Below are positions 1-20,800 of a DNA stretch of 34,436 nt, in pieces. The DNA is from Macrostomum lignano (taxonomy: Eukaryota). The notes under the pieces are model-generated. The model had not been told where the DNA came from, made no database searches, and worked only from the letters and a program-made list of their open reading frames with translations. The stretch lies in contig NIVC01000345.1 in the NCBI GenBank assembly GCA_002269645.1, positions 150,001-184,436 on the forward strand, given 5' to 3'. The stretch's first letter is position 1. The number at the start of each line of letters is the position of its first letter. Both the position numbers and the translations under genes were made by a program.

Positions 1-3000
1 CCCAGAGTGTTGAGATTCCATCCCAGAGTGTGAAATTCATCTCATAATGTGAGATCTCATCCCAGAGTGTGAGATTCCATCCCAGAGTGTGAGATCTATC
101 CTTGAGTGTGAGATTCCATCCATAATGTGGGATCCATCCCAAGGGTGAGATTCCATTTCAGAGTTTGAGATTCCTTCCGAGAGCGTGAGATTCCATCCCA
201 GAGTGTAAATTCCATCTCATAATGTGGGATTCCATCCCAGAGTGAGAGATTCCATCCCAGAGTGTGAGATTCATCCCAGAGTGTGATATTCCATTCCAGA
301 GTGTGAGATCCCATCCAGAGTGTGAGATTCCATTTCAGACTGTGAGATTCCATCCCATAATGTGAAGTTCCATCCTAGAGTGTGAGATTCCATCCGGAGT
401 GTAAGATTCCATCCTAGAGTGTGAGATTTCTCCCCAGAGTGAAAGATTCCATCCCAGAGTGTGAGATTCCATCCCAGAGTGTGAGATTCCATCCCAGAGT
501 GTAAGATCCCATCCTTGAGTGTGAGATTCCATTTCAGAGTGTGAGATTCCATCCCAGAGTGTGAGATTCCATCCCAGAGTGTAACATTCCATCCAAGAGT
601 GTGAGATTCCATCCCAGAGTGTGAGATTCCATCCCAGAGTGTAAGATCCCATCCTTGAGTGTGAGATTCCATTCAGAGTTTGAGATTCCTTCCGAGAGCG
701 TGAGATTCCATCCCAGAGGGTGAGATTCCATCCCAGAGTGTAAGATTCCATTTCAGAGTTTGAGATTCCTTCCGAGAGCGTGAGATTCCATCCCAGAGTG
801 TGAGATTCCATTTCAGAGTTTGAGATTCCTTCCGAGAGCGTGAGATTCCATCCCAGAGTGTGAGATTCCATTTCAGAGTTTGAGATTCCTTCCGAGAGCG
901 TGAGATTCCATCCCAGAGTGTGAGATTCCATTCCAGAGTTTGAGATTCCTTCCGAGAGCGTGAGATTCCATCCCAGAGTGTAAGATTCAACCTCATAATG
1001 TGGGATTCCATCCCAGAGTGAGAGATTCCATCCCAGAGTGAGAGATTCCATCCCAGAGTGTGAGATTCCATCCCAGAGTGTGAGATTCCATCCAGAGTGT
1101 GAGATTCCATCCCAGAGTGTGAGATCCTATCCCAGAGTGTGAGATCCTATCCCAGAGTGTGAGATTCCATCCCAGAGTGTGAGAATTCATCTCATAATGT
1201 GAGATCTCATCCCAGAGTGTGAGATTCCATCCCAGAGTGTGAGATCCTATCCTTGAGTGTGAGATTCCATCTCATAATGTGGGATCCCATCCCAGAGGGT
1301 GAGATTCCATTTCAGAGTTTGAGATTCCTTCCGAGAGCGTGAGATTCCATCCCAGAGTGTAAGATTCCATCTCATAATGTGGGATTCCATCCCAGAGTGA
1401 GAGATTCCATCCAGAGTGTGAGATTTCATCCCAGAGTGTGATATTCCATTCCAGAGTGTGAGATCCCATCCCAGAGTGTGAGATTCCATTTCAGACTGTG
1501 AGATTCCATCCCATAATGTGAAGTTCCATCCTAGAGTGTGAGATTCCATCCCGGAGTGTAAGATTCCATCCTAGAGTGTGAGATTTCTCCCCAGAGTGAA
1601 AGATTCCATCCCAGAGTGTGAGATTCCATCCCAGAGTGTGAGATTCCATCCCAGAGTGTAAGATCCCATCCTTGAGTGTGAGATTCCATTTCAGAGTGTG
1701 AGATTCCATCCCAGAGTGTGAGATTCCATCCCAGAGTGTAACATTCCATCCAAGAGTGTGAGATTCCATCCCAGAGTGTGAGATTCCATCCCAGAGTGTA
1801 AGATCCCATCCTTGAGTGTGAGATTCCATTTCAGAGTTTGAGATTCCTTCCGAGAGCGTGAGATTCCATCCCAGAGGGTGAGATTCCATCCCAGAGTGTA
1901 AGATTCCATTTCAGAGTTTGAGATTCCTTCCGAGAGCGTGAGATTCCATCCCAGAGTGTGAGATTCCATTTCAGAGTTTGAGATTCCTTCCGAGAGCGTG
2001 AGATTCCATCCCAGAGTGTGAGATTCCATTTCAGAGTTTGAGATTCCTTCCGAGAGCGTGAGATTCCATCCCAGAGTGTGAGATTCCATTCCAGAGTTTG
2101 AGATTCCTTCCGAGAGCGTGAGATTCCATCCCAGAGTGTAAGATTCAACCTCATAATGTGGGATTCCATCCCAGAGTGAGAGATTCCATCCCAGAGTGTG
2201 ATATTCCATCCCAGAGTGTGAGATTCCATCCCAGAGTGTGAGATTCCATCCCAGAGTGTGAGATTCCATCCCAGAGTGTGAGATCCTATCCCAGAGTGTG
2301 AGATCCTATCCCAGAGTGTGAGATTCCATCCCAGAGTGTGAGAATTCATCTCATAATGTGAGATCTCATCCCAGAGTGTGAGATTCCATCCCAGAGTGTG
2401 AGATCCTATCCTTGAGTGTGAGATTCCATCTCATAATGTGGGATCCCATCCCAGAGGGTGAGATTCCATTTCAGAGTTTGAGATTCCTTCCGAGAGCGTG
2501 AGATTCCATCCAGAGTGTAAGATTCCATCTCATAATGTGGGATTCCATCCCAGAGTGAGAGATTCCATCCCAGAGTGTGAGATTTCATCCCAGAGTGTGA
2601 GATTCCATTCCAGAGTGTGAGATCCCATCCCAGAGTGTGAGATTCCATTTCAGACTGTGAGATTCCATCCCATAATGTGAAGTACCATCCTAGAGTGTGA
2701 GATTCCATCCCGGAGTGTAAGATTCCATCCTAGAGTGTGAGATTTCTCCCCAGAGTGAAAGATTCCATCCCAGAGTGTGAGATTCCATCCCAGAGTGTGA
2801 GATTCCATCCCAGAGTGTAAGATCCCATCCTTGAGTGTGAGATTCCATTTCAGAGTGTGAGATTCCATCCAGAGTGTGAGATTCCATCCCAGAGTGTAAC
2901 ATTCCATCCAAGAGTGTGAGATTCCATCCCAGAGTGTGAGATTCCATCCCAGAGTGTAAGATCCCATCCTTGAGTGTGAGATTCCATTTCAGAGTTTGAG

Positions 3001-5580
3001 ATTCCTTCCGAGAGCGTGAGATTCCATCCCAGAGGGTGAGATTCCATCCCAGAGTGTAAGATTCCATTTCAGAGTTTGAGATTCCTTCCGAGAGCGTGAG
3101 ATTCCATCCCAGAGTGTGAGATTCCATTTCAGAGTTTGAGATTCCTTCCGAGAGCGTGAGATTCCATCCCAGAGTGTGAGATTCCATTTCAGAGTTTGAG
3201 ATTCCTTCCGAGAGCGTGAGATTCCATCCCAGAGTGTGAGATTCCATTCCAGAGTTTGAGATTCCTTCCGAGAGCGTGAGATTCCATCCCAGAGTGTAAG
3301 ATTCAACCTCATAATGTGGGATTCCATCCCAGAGTGAGAGATTCCATCCCAGAGTGTGATATTCCATCCCAGAGTGTGAGATTCCATCCCAGAGTGTGAG
3401 ATTCCATCCCAGAGTGTGAGATTCCATCCCAGAGTGTGAGATTCCATCCCAGAGTGTGATATTCCATCCCAGAGTGTGAGATTCCATCCCAGAGTGTGAG
3501 ATTCCATCCCAGAGTGTGATATTCCATCCCTGAGTGTGAGATTCCATCCCAGAGTGTGAGATTCCATCCCAGAGTGTGAGATTCCATCCCAGAGTGTGAT
3601 ATTCCATCCCAGAGTGTGAGATTCCATCCCAGAGTGTGAGATTCCATTTCAGAGTGTGAGATCCCATCTCAGAGTGTGAGATTCCATCCCAGAGTGTGAG
3701 ATTCCATTTCAGAGTTTGAGATTCCTTCCGAGAGCGTGAGATTCCATCCCAGAGTGTAAGATTCAACCTCATAATGTGGGATTCCATCCCAGAGTGAGAG
3801 ATTCCATCCCAGAGTGTGATATTCCATCCCAGAGTGTGAGATTCCATCCCAGAGTGTGAGATTCCATCCCAGAGTGTGAGATTCCATCCCAGAGTGTGAG
3901 ATTCCATCCCAGAGTGTGATATTCCATCCCAGAGTGTGAGATTCCATCCCAGAGTGTGAGATTCCATCCCAGAGTGTGATATTCCATCCCTGAGTGTGAG
4001 ATTCCATCCCAGAGTGTGAGATTCCATCCCAGAGTGTGAGATTCCATTTCAGAGTTTGAGATTCCTTCCGAGAGCGTGAGATTCCATCCCAGAGTGTAAG
4101 ATTCAACCTCATAATGTGGGATTCCATCCCAGAGTGAGAGATTCCATCCCAGAGTGTGAGATTCCATCCCAGAGTGTGATATTCCATCCCAGAGTGTGAG
4201 ATTCCATCCCAGAGTGTGATATTCCATCCCAGAGTGTGAGATTCCATCCCAGAGTGTGAGATTCCATCCCAGAGTGTGAGATTCCATCCCAGAGTGTGAG
4301 ATTCCATCCCAGAGTGTGATATTCCATCCCAGAGTGTGAGATTCCATACCAGAGTGTGAGATTCCATCCCAGAGTGTGATATTCCATCCCTGAGTGTGAG
4401 ATTCCATCCCAGAGTGTGAGATTCCATCCCAGAGTGTGAGATTCCATTTCAGAGTTTGAGATTCCTTCCGAGAGCGTGAGATTCCATCCCAGAGTGTAAG
4501 ATTCAACCTCATAATGTGGGATTCCATCCCAGAGTGAGAGATTCCATCCCAGAGTGTGAGATTCCATCCCAGAGTGTGATATTCCATCCCAGAGTGTGAG
4601 ATTCCATCTCAGAGTGTGAGATTCCATCCCAGAGTGTGAGATTCCATCCCAGAGTGTGAGATTCCATCCCAGAGTGTGAGATTCCATCCCAGAGTGTGAG
4701 ATTCCATCCCAGAGTGTGAGATTCCATCCCAGAGTGTGAGATTCCATTTCAGAGTGTGAGATTCCATCTTAGAGTGTGAGATTCCATCCCAGAGTGTGAG
4801 ATTCCATCCCAGAGTGTAAGATTCCATTTCAGAGTGTGAGATTCCATCCCAGAGTGTAAGATTCCATTTCAGAGTGTGAGATTCCATCCCAGAGTGTAAG
4901 ATTCCATTTCAGAGTGTGAGATTCCATCCCAGAGTGTAAGATTCCATCTCGGAGTGTAAGATTCCATCTCGGAGTGTAAGATTCCATCCCGGAGTGTAAG
5001 ATTCCATCCCGGAGTGTAAGATTCCATCCCGGAGTGTAGGATTCCATCCCGGAGTGTAAGATTCCATCCCGGAGTGTAGGATTCCATCCCGGAGTGTAGG
5101 ATTCCATCCCGGAGTGTAAGATTCCATCCCGGAGTGTAGGATTCCATCCCGGAGTGTAGGATTCCATCCCGGAGTGTAAGATTCCATTCCGGAGTGTAAG
5201 ATTCCATCCCAGAGTGTAAGATTCCATTCCGGAGTGTAGGATTCCATCCCGGAGTGTAGGATTCCATCCCGGAGTGTAAGATTCCATTCCGGAGTGTAAG
5301 ATTCCATTCCGGAGTGTAAGATTCCATTCCGGAGTGTAAGATTCCATTCCGGAGTGTAAGATTCCATTCCGGAGTGTAGGATTCCATTCCGGAGTGTAAG
5401 ATTCCATTCCGGAGTGTAAGATTCCATTCCGGAGTGTAGGATTCCATCCCATATTGTGAGATTCCATTCCGGAGTGTAATATTACATCCCATATTGTGAG
5501 ATTCCATCCCAGAGGGTGAGATCCCATCCTAGAGGGTGAGATCCCATCCCAGAGTGTGAGATCCCATCCCAGAGGGTGAG
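1..5580. repeat. 20-bp minisatellite (consensus AGATTCCATCCCAGAGTGTG) with ~1.15-kb higher-order duplications
   Basis: Continuous 20-bp periodicity. The diagnostic variant AATTCATCTCATAATGTGAGATCTCAT recurs at ~35, ~1185 and ~2343. The unit drifts to AGATTCCATTCCGGAGTGTA at ~4950-5480. The array runs off the left edge of the window. Confidence 0.97.
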
Positions 5581-6120
5581 GTGTTATTTTTGTCGTGTAT
5601 TTATGCCGCTAATCATATTGCTGTTTTTATGACTAGAATAAAAATTAATGAAATAAAACAAAGCACAATAATTTTTGTTTATTCGAGCTACAAATGATGC
5701 GAAAATATGCAGCCGTTGTTTATTACAAAATTCCATCCAAATAAAATCTCGCTTATGTCGCTAATTTACGGTCTTTAATACAACAATTTATCGAACTTAA
5801 ATTCATTCAATAGAATTTAAGCAGCCAGAATTCAGAATTTTCTGCAGCTTGGAGAATATTTTGCAGCATAATTCTAAAATTAGCGCTGAAAATTTGGTGG
5901 ATAATTTAAAACCAAAGCATGAGATGACTTGCATTTCGGAATACTTTAATGGCCTCGGCGAATAAAATTGCAAAGGTGAAAAAACGTGGATTACAAAATT
6001 CGACTTTAATTTTCAGTTTTAAGTCAATAAATGTAGCACTCATTTTGTTATAAATTACTGAGCACAGAGAGTTAGTTATAAATATATTAGGATAAAATTT
6101 TCTGTTCATCTAGTAAGCGC

Positions 6121-6630
6121 ACAGAGTGACACATCATAGAGTGACACATCATAGAGTGACACATCACGGAGTGGCACATCACAGGGTGACACATCACAAG
6201 GTGACACATCACGGAGTGACACATCACGGAGTGACACATCACGGAGTGACACATCACGGAGTGACACATCACGGAGTGACACATCACGGAGTGACACATC
6301 ACGGAGTGACACATCACAGAGTGATACATTACAGAGTGACACATTAAAGAGTGACACATCACAGAGTGTTACATCACAGAGTGACACATTAAAGAGTGAC
6401 ACATCATGGAGTGACACATCACAGAGTGTTACATCACAGAGTGACACATCACAGAGTGTTACATCACAGAGTGACACATCACAGAGTGACACATTATAGA
6501 GTGACACATCACGGAGTGACACATCACGGAGTGACACATCACGGAGTGACACATTATAGAGTGACACATCACGGAGTGACACATCACGGAGTTACACATC
6601 ACAGACTGACACATCACAGACTGACACATC
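6121..6630. repeat. 15-bp minisatellite (AGAGTGACACATCAC) just 3' of the cwo-like stop codon
   Basis: Direct reading shows about 34 tandem units of 15 bp. Confidence 0.96.
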
Positions 6631-6698
6631 AATCAATGAAACATAAATCAAAATCAATTTCTGCAAAAGAAAATTTTACAAATAAAAAATTCTGTTAG

Positions 6699-13680
<6,982 letters not shown>

Positions 13681-13956
13681 AGCTGATTCTATCGAAATTT
13701 TGTCGCACAAAGTGTTAACAACTCTGCTGTGATAGAAAACCAAGGTTATTGCAATTTCTTACTGCACAACACTAGAGCAGTATCACTAGCAGAATTCGCA
13801 TTGGGCGAAACGAATTGGGCGAAATAGACGCTACGCTGAAAAACCTACAGTTGTTCTTAGCTGTCTACAAATCTACCTTAACCTTATGCCTGCAGACTTG
13901 AAAGTCTCGAGTTTTAAGACCCAGTAGCGCGCGGACGAGGTGGTTTAAGCTCCTCT

Positions 13957-15680
13957 CACGTGTCCACCTCGCGTGTTTTGAGTAGCAACTCTGTCGTGGC
14001 CCTTTATATCTATTCTCTTAGGCTATTTTTCATACAGAAATGGACGCTCTATGCATGAGGACAATGAGCATACTTCAACCCTGCGAGGCGAAGATGCGGC
14101 ACAATTTCCATTTTAAGGCATACACCGTTTTGAGTCTGGCAGTGGTAGGGCTTTTATTACAGCTGAAACTTTAATAATCAGCTAAAAATAAAACAGCATT
14201 TCTGTAGCCATGGGCTACAGCATATATGTACTCCTTGAGATTATCAATCCTAGAATGATATGGTCCGCGCAGTTTACAGTATGGGGTTAGTGATGAAAAG
14301 TACCCAAACGCACTTCAGAGATATATAGAGACGCTGAACTCTATCAGTCATTCAAGCTGCCCTCTATCATTCATTCAAGCTGCCCTCTATCAGTCATTCA
14401 AGCTGCCCTCTATCAGTCATTCACGCTGAACTCTATCAGTCATTCACGCTGAACTCTATCAGTCATTCACGCTGAACTCTATCAGTCATTCAAGCTGCCC
14501 TCTATCAGTCATTCACCGCTGAACTCTATCAGTCATTCACCGCTGAACTCTATCAGTCATCCACGTTGACCTCTATTTGTCATTCACGCTGAACTCTATC
14601 AGTCATTCACGTTGGCCTCTATCAGTCCTTTCATTCACGTTGGCCTCTATCAGTCATTCACGCTGAACTCTATCAGTCATTCGCGCTGAACTCTATCAGT
14701 CATTCGCGTTGGCCTCTATTTGTCATTCACGTTGAACTCTATCAACTTTCACGTTGGCCTCTATCAGTCCTTTCATTCACGCTGCCCTGCATCAGCATTC
14801 ACTCCTATGTCAGCTGTACATGTCATAGGAACGCACATAACGCACAATATTAATACATTTAGCGGTCATTCACGGCCCCTGCATGATTTCAACGGTCATA
14901 TACATGTACTCGTAGCTCGTACACTTCTCTAACCACCACTTAGACCCATTCTCATTTATAATCCTAATTACTGTGTACGAAAATAGTCAGCCCGTAATAA
15001 ACTGCTTATAAAATTGCAAGTAATTTACCCTCCTACGCTCGTATTTTATTTTATTAGACTGAAGAGCATGGCAGCACATGCTTGAGAATACATGCTACCT
15101 ATGCATAGACCACGCTAATAGGCTTCGTGCACTTCATAGCAGCGTGTAACGAGCCGTAGCTTATAATGCAGTTTATTTAAGCGCAGTTGGCCCGCACACT
15201 CCTGTCAAAAGCTCAACACATGACAGCAGCTAAAACCCTGAGAGGTCACGTGTTTTGCAACTTCAATTTGCGCTCAAAGAGTATACTTACATTCTACTAC
15301 ATTGTAATGCTTATCCACGGCTGTTGCAAGTCTGAATATACAATTTTAATTTGAAAAGTTTTGCTTAATTAGTTTTACGAGCGTAGAAAAAAAGTTGCTT
15401 CGCATCTACTCACATATGAAATTTAAATTGTTTTTGGTACAGAACAAAGCAAGCAGCGAAGTTAGAATGGTGAAAATTCTGCACTCAATGACCGCGCGGT
15501 TTATGAGGTTGCGGCGGTGCAGCTGCCTGCAGACTCAACAAAAACATCTACCCAGCACGTGGGTATAGCTTCTCTAAAAATTAAGCAACAGTTATTGCAA
15601 ATTTATTTAGTTGCATAAGCGTTTCACCACCCGCGCCGCCCAGCCAATCACACCCACCCCACGCCCCTTATTTCCATTGG
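13957..15680 (-). promoter_or_regulatory. Putative cwo-like upstream regulatory region: canonical E-boxes plus a CCAAT/GC-box cluster
   Basis: CACGTG at 13957-13962, 15247-15252 and 15556-15561. A CACGCG-type site at 13970-13975. CCAAT at 15644-15648 and ATTGG at 15676-15680. GC/CACCC boxes at ~15631-15667. Function is inferred, not shown. Confidence 0.4.
14335..14800. repeat. Degenerate 23-bp minisatellite (CTCTATCAGTCATTCACGCTGAA)
   Basis: 23-bp period (CTCTATC at 14431 and 14454), with diverging units towards the right. Confidence 0.9.
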
Positions 15681-16147
15681 CTATCTCAGCCCTCCTATCC
15701 TTTTACATTACCGCCTATCTCCGCAGTGCAAGTGCGGCAGAGTTGCATAAACTCGTACTACTCACATCGCATTAGACTAGCCATCGCATCGCATTAGAAG
15801 CCGGAATAACTGCTCCAGACTGTGTTACCATGTTTCTCATTTTTTCATCTCTTATTAGTAATCAATTTTATACTGCCAAATCTATCTGTCTCTATAGAGA
15901 TCCGGCTTTTTATCCAGAGATTCACCCGGTATTTCATCCTGCACTGCTAATCCAGATTTGATCCGGTTTGTTGTCCACGTTTACATCCGCTAAAACCGGA
16001 GAATTTTCTGAAGGTACCCCCGGAGCTAGAGCCGGATGAAAGTACTCAAAAATTCACACTTTCATCCGGAATGTTAACTATTCATCCGGCTATCGTCCAG
16101 CATTTTAAATGGGCATTTTATATTGCCGGATGATTGGGCCAGGCGGG

Positions 16148-16230
16148 ATGGCGATTATTTAAGGAATCGAATGGCGATGATTATTTAGTGAATTGAATGG
16201 CGATTATTTAAAGAATCAAATGGCGATAAT
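16148..16230. repeat. Short degenerate direct repeat (ATGGCGATTATTTA..GAAT.GA, 3-4 units)
   Basis: Direct reading. Confidence 0.7.
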
Positions 16231-17059
16231 CCACCTATCTAAATAGTAAAGAATCCATTATCCAGAAATTCATATGTTGAATATCGAATAAGCTAAAGAC
16301 CAATTGTTGGTTCAAATGGATTCTAAATAAATGAAACCGCATAAACTCGATTAAATTCAAGCACATTTATAAATCAATTATTAGTAAATCGATGATATCA
16401 AATGAGCATGGTTAATTACTTTATACACTGTGCTATTTACTGTTTGTTTTACAATTAAGATTCGCAACATTACGTCACTCATATATAAGTAGCTTAGCAA
16501 ATGCATAACAAAAATTCCCCATGGATGGAACGCGTCAGGCACTGCATTTTAGGAATTGCATATCGAAACACATTGATGTTAAAAGGAGGAAGGTCTTTGG
16601 GTACTTTAACGAGACGTAATAAACTATTTTTTCTTCAGAGTTTAAACGTTCACGTTCTTTCAATACGAGCCCCATCAATCCATCATTTCACGTTACATAT
16701 AACACTTAGCACTACTATAATCAGCGCTATTAGTAGAATAAAAGGACATGTCGATCGAAATTTAAGATAAAAAACTGGCTATTTTTGAAGGTCTCAGATG
16801 GACGGTTTTAGGGGGGAATTAAGGGGAAGACTTTTAAATCCCATTAAAGTTACAACCAAGGACTAAAATTTCCTATACTGTAGGTAGAAAAGTTCAGATA
16901 CACGACTGCAGTAAGGTGTATTTAACATCAAATGCGCTGCCAGTTTGAATTGAAGTTTTTACAAAAAATTAACAGGAAAAACTGAGTGAGTCCAGACATT
17001 GGGTTGATCGCATTGTTCAGATAAGATCAGGAAATGGATAGCAACAAGTTTAACTTGAC

Positions 17060-17813
17060 TGTCAGACAGACACACAGATAGATTTACGGATATACAGACA
17101 CCCGGTAAACAGACATCTGACAAACACAGACCTAAACAAAAAGACAGATCTACAGACAAACAGAAAAACGGACACAGACCTACAGAGAGCAGACATAGAC
17201 ACACGGACACAGACCTACAGACACAAGGACACAGCCATAGACACACGGACACGGCCATAGACACACGGACACGGCCATAGACACACGGACACGGCCAGAG
17301 ACACACGGACACGGCCATAGACACACGGACACGGCCAGAGACACACGGACACAGACCTACAGACACACGGACACAGACCTACAGACACACGGACACAGAC
17401 CTACAGACACACGGACACAGACCTACAGACACACGGACACAGACCTACAGACACACGGACACAGACCTACAGACACACGGACACAGACCTACAGACACAC
17501 GGACACAGACCTACAGACACACGGACACAGACCTACAGACACACGGACACAGGTACCTATAGACACACGGACACAGACCTACAGACACACGGACACAGGT
17601 ACCTACAGACACACGGACACAGGTACCTACAGACACACGGACACAGACGTACAGACACACGGACACAGACCTACAGACACACGGACACAGAACTACAGAC
17701 ACACGGACACAGACCTACAGACACACGGACACAGAACTACAGACACACGGACACAGACCTACAGACACACGGACACAGGTACCTACAGACACACGGACAC
17801 AGACGTACAGACA
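17060..17813. repeat. 20/22/24-bp minisatellite (ACAGACACACGGACACAGACCT) immediately downstream of the SFSWAP stop
   Basis: 22-bp period in the core (ACACACGGAC at 17341 and 17363); degenerate left edge. Confidence 0.94.
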
Positions 17814-17886
17814 CAGCAAACAGCTAATAAAAAAACAGAACGCACAAACTGCTAGTCCAAGACCAATAAATGGATTAAAAATTTGC

Positions 17887-17892
17887 TTTATT
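17887..17892 (-). terminator. Putative AATAAA polyadenylation signal overlapping the SFSWAP stop codon
   Basis: The minus strand reads GAG AAT TAA TAAAGC; AATAAA = 17892-17887. Confidence 0.45.
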
Positions 17893-20800
17893 AATTCTCT
17901 TTAAACTGCAGCTTCACCTTCTTACTATTATTACTAGTAGTAGTAGTCGCAGAGGCAGCCCCATTGTCTGCAGTGAAACTGGCACCAGATGTAGAAGCGG
18001 AAGAACCGCCAACCCTGGCTAAAAAAGCCATAGCCTTTCGTTTACGTTCGAGCTGCTTACGAATATAGTTATCATCAGCTGAAGTCGATTGCTGCTGCTG
18101 TTGCTGACTGACTGTTGCTTGACCTGACAGTTGCTGTTCCTCCTTATGTTGCCGTTGCATCGACAGAACTTTTCGACACTCCTCTAGCCGACCGCACTTC
18201 ATCAGATAATATGGATGATACCGATGACTGGATTGTAGAAAATCAAATCTAGAATCGGATCGAGCCTTGACAACGGCTTCAAAATCTGTGCCATTGCGCT
18301 GTACATAAGCTGCCAATTTGTCAATGATGAGTTTGGTCTCTTCATCGGCTGGCTGGTTGCACTGCACAGCCAGCTCGAGCTCAGCTGGGATCGCTGATTG
18401 AGAATCGGTCAGCTCACCGCTTGCAGAGGTAGCCGTGGGCGCCGGCGGCGGCGGGGGAGGGGGCGGCGGTGGCGGCGGCGGCGGCTGATGATAAGCCATG
18501 AGCACTGCTTGCTGCTTCTGCTGTTGCTGCTGTTGCTGCTGCTGTTGCTGCTCGTCTTCCTGTTCTTGCTGGCGTTGGCGGAACTGTTCCAATAATTTAG
18601 CATAAGAAGTGCCCGCTGTACTGACTTTTGGTAGGCTGATTGAAGTGGCAGCGGCGGAGGAAGACTGCGGCGCGTGATGCAGGTCGTCTGGCGCCAGGTT
18701 CATTGGTCTGGAGTGCGTTTAGATGGAGTGCGTATCAACTGAGATCTCAGGGTGAGACTAATACGAGACTATGAGACTAATACGAGACTAATACGAGACT
18801 ATGAGACTAATACGAGACTAATAAGAGACTATGAGACTAATATGAGGCTAATATGAGACTATGAGACTAATATGAGACTAATAAGAGACTACGAGACTAA
18901 TATGAGACTAATATGAGACTGAGACTAAGAGACTAATATGAGACTAGTATGAGACTGAGAATTATATGAGACTATAAGACTAATATGAGACTAATACGAG
19001 ACTATGAGACCAATATGAGGCTAATATGGGACTTATGAGACTAATATGAGACTAATAAGAGACTATGAGACTAATATGAGACTGAGACTAATATGAAACT
19101 AATATGAGACTAGTATGAGACTGAGACTAAGAGAATAATATGAGACTAGTATGAGACTGAGACTAAGAGACTAATATGAGACTAGTATGAGACTAAGAGA
19201 CTAATATGAGCCTAATACGAGACTGTGAGACCAATATGAGGCTAATATGAGACTATGAGACTAATATGAGACTAATAAGAGACTATGAGACTAATATGAG
19301 ACTAATATGAGACTAGTATGAGACTGAGACTAATATAAGACTAATAAGAGACTAATATGAGACTAGTATGAGACTGAGAATTATATGAGACTATAAGACT
19401 AATATGAGACTAATATGAGACTATGAGACTAATATGAGGCTAATATGGGACTATGAGACTAATATGAGACTAATATGAGACTAATAAGAGACTATGAGAC
19501 TAATATGAGACTAGTATGAGACTGAGACTAATATAAGACTAATAAGAGACTAATATGAGACTAGTATGAGACTGAGAATTATATGAGACTATAAGACTAA
19601 TATGAGACTAATACGAGACTATGAGACCAATATGAGGCTAATATGGGACTATGAGACTAATATGAGACTAATAAGAGACTATGAGACTAATATGAGACTG
19701 AGACTAATATGAAACTAATATGAGACTAATATGAGACTGAGACTAAGAGACTAATATGAGACTAGTATGAGACTAAGAGACTAATATGAGCCTAATACGA
19801 GACTGTGAGACCAATATGAGGCTAATATGAGACTATGAGACTAATATGAGACTAATAAGAGACTATGAGACTAATATGAGACTAATATGAGACTAGTATG
19901 AGACTGAGACTAATATAAGACTAATAAGAGACTAATATGAGACTAGTATGAGACTGAGACTAATATGAAACTAATAAACAAAGCAGTATTAAAACTCACT
20001 TAGGCGGCGCCAGAGGCACATAACGACCCTGCCGGATGGCCTCCAACACCAGTCGATAATAAGGATAGAGTTCGTCGCCATAGCTTAAAAATCGAAAACT
20101 AGCATTGCCACTCTGTTTAGTTTTCAATACAATTTCCATCTGCGGCCCGTGCCTGGCCAGGAACTGGGCAGTCTTGTCAATTATGGCCCCCTGTCGCTTG
20201 GTCATTGGCATTCGCATATCGCGAGGCACGTCTAAATTGATTGGAACAGCAAATGGTTCGCTGTCTGCCTCTTCTTCTGGTGTTGCTGAGGCTGCTGCTG
20301 CTGCTGCTGCTGCTGCCGCTGCATCGGTTGCAGGCTCTACCAAGCTTGACTGAGCCGTCATTGCTGTAGAATTCGAGTCGCCGTTGCTGTCCTTCGACGC
20401 CGACTCCGAATAGTTGAAGGCCACTTCGCTGAATGACGATTTATTAGCCATGGCAACTCGCTTCTGGTGCTCCTCTGCATTTGGAGGTTATTAGGACTGT
20501 ATTAGAGTAATCGGGGCAGTTATTAGTTGGGACTGTATTACAGTAATCAGGGCAGTTATTAGTTGGGACTGTATTACAGTAATCAGGGCAGTTATTAGAA
20601 CTGTTTTACAGTAATCAGGGCAGTTATTAGAACTGTTTTACAGTAATCAGGGCAGTTATTAGAACTGTTTTACAGTAATCAGGGCAGTTATTATGACTGT
20701 ATTACAGTAATCAGGGCAGTTATTAGAACTGTATTACAGTAATCAGGGCAGTTATTAGAACTGTATTACAGTAATCGGGGCAGTTATTAGAACTGTATTA

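Noticed and set aside
96-5527. Many long minus-strand ORFs (MESHTLGWNLTLWDGISHSG repeats)
   Set aside because: They are translations of a 20-bp repeat that lacks stops in some frames; all three frames give the same peptide and there are no domain or splice signals.
15890-16140. Cluster of ATCCGG/CCGGAT motifs, possible MITE remnant
   Set aside because: I could not define termini, arms or a TSD.
16959-17702. Minus-strand VCLCPCV ORFs as a possible continuation of SFSWAP
   Set aside because: Repeat translation, not RS-rich, and downstream of a stop and poly(A) signal.
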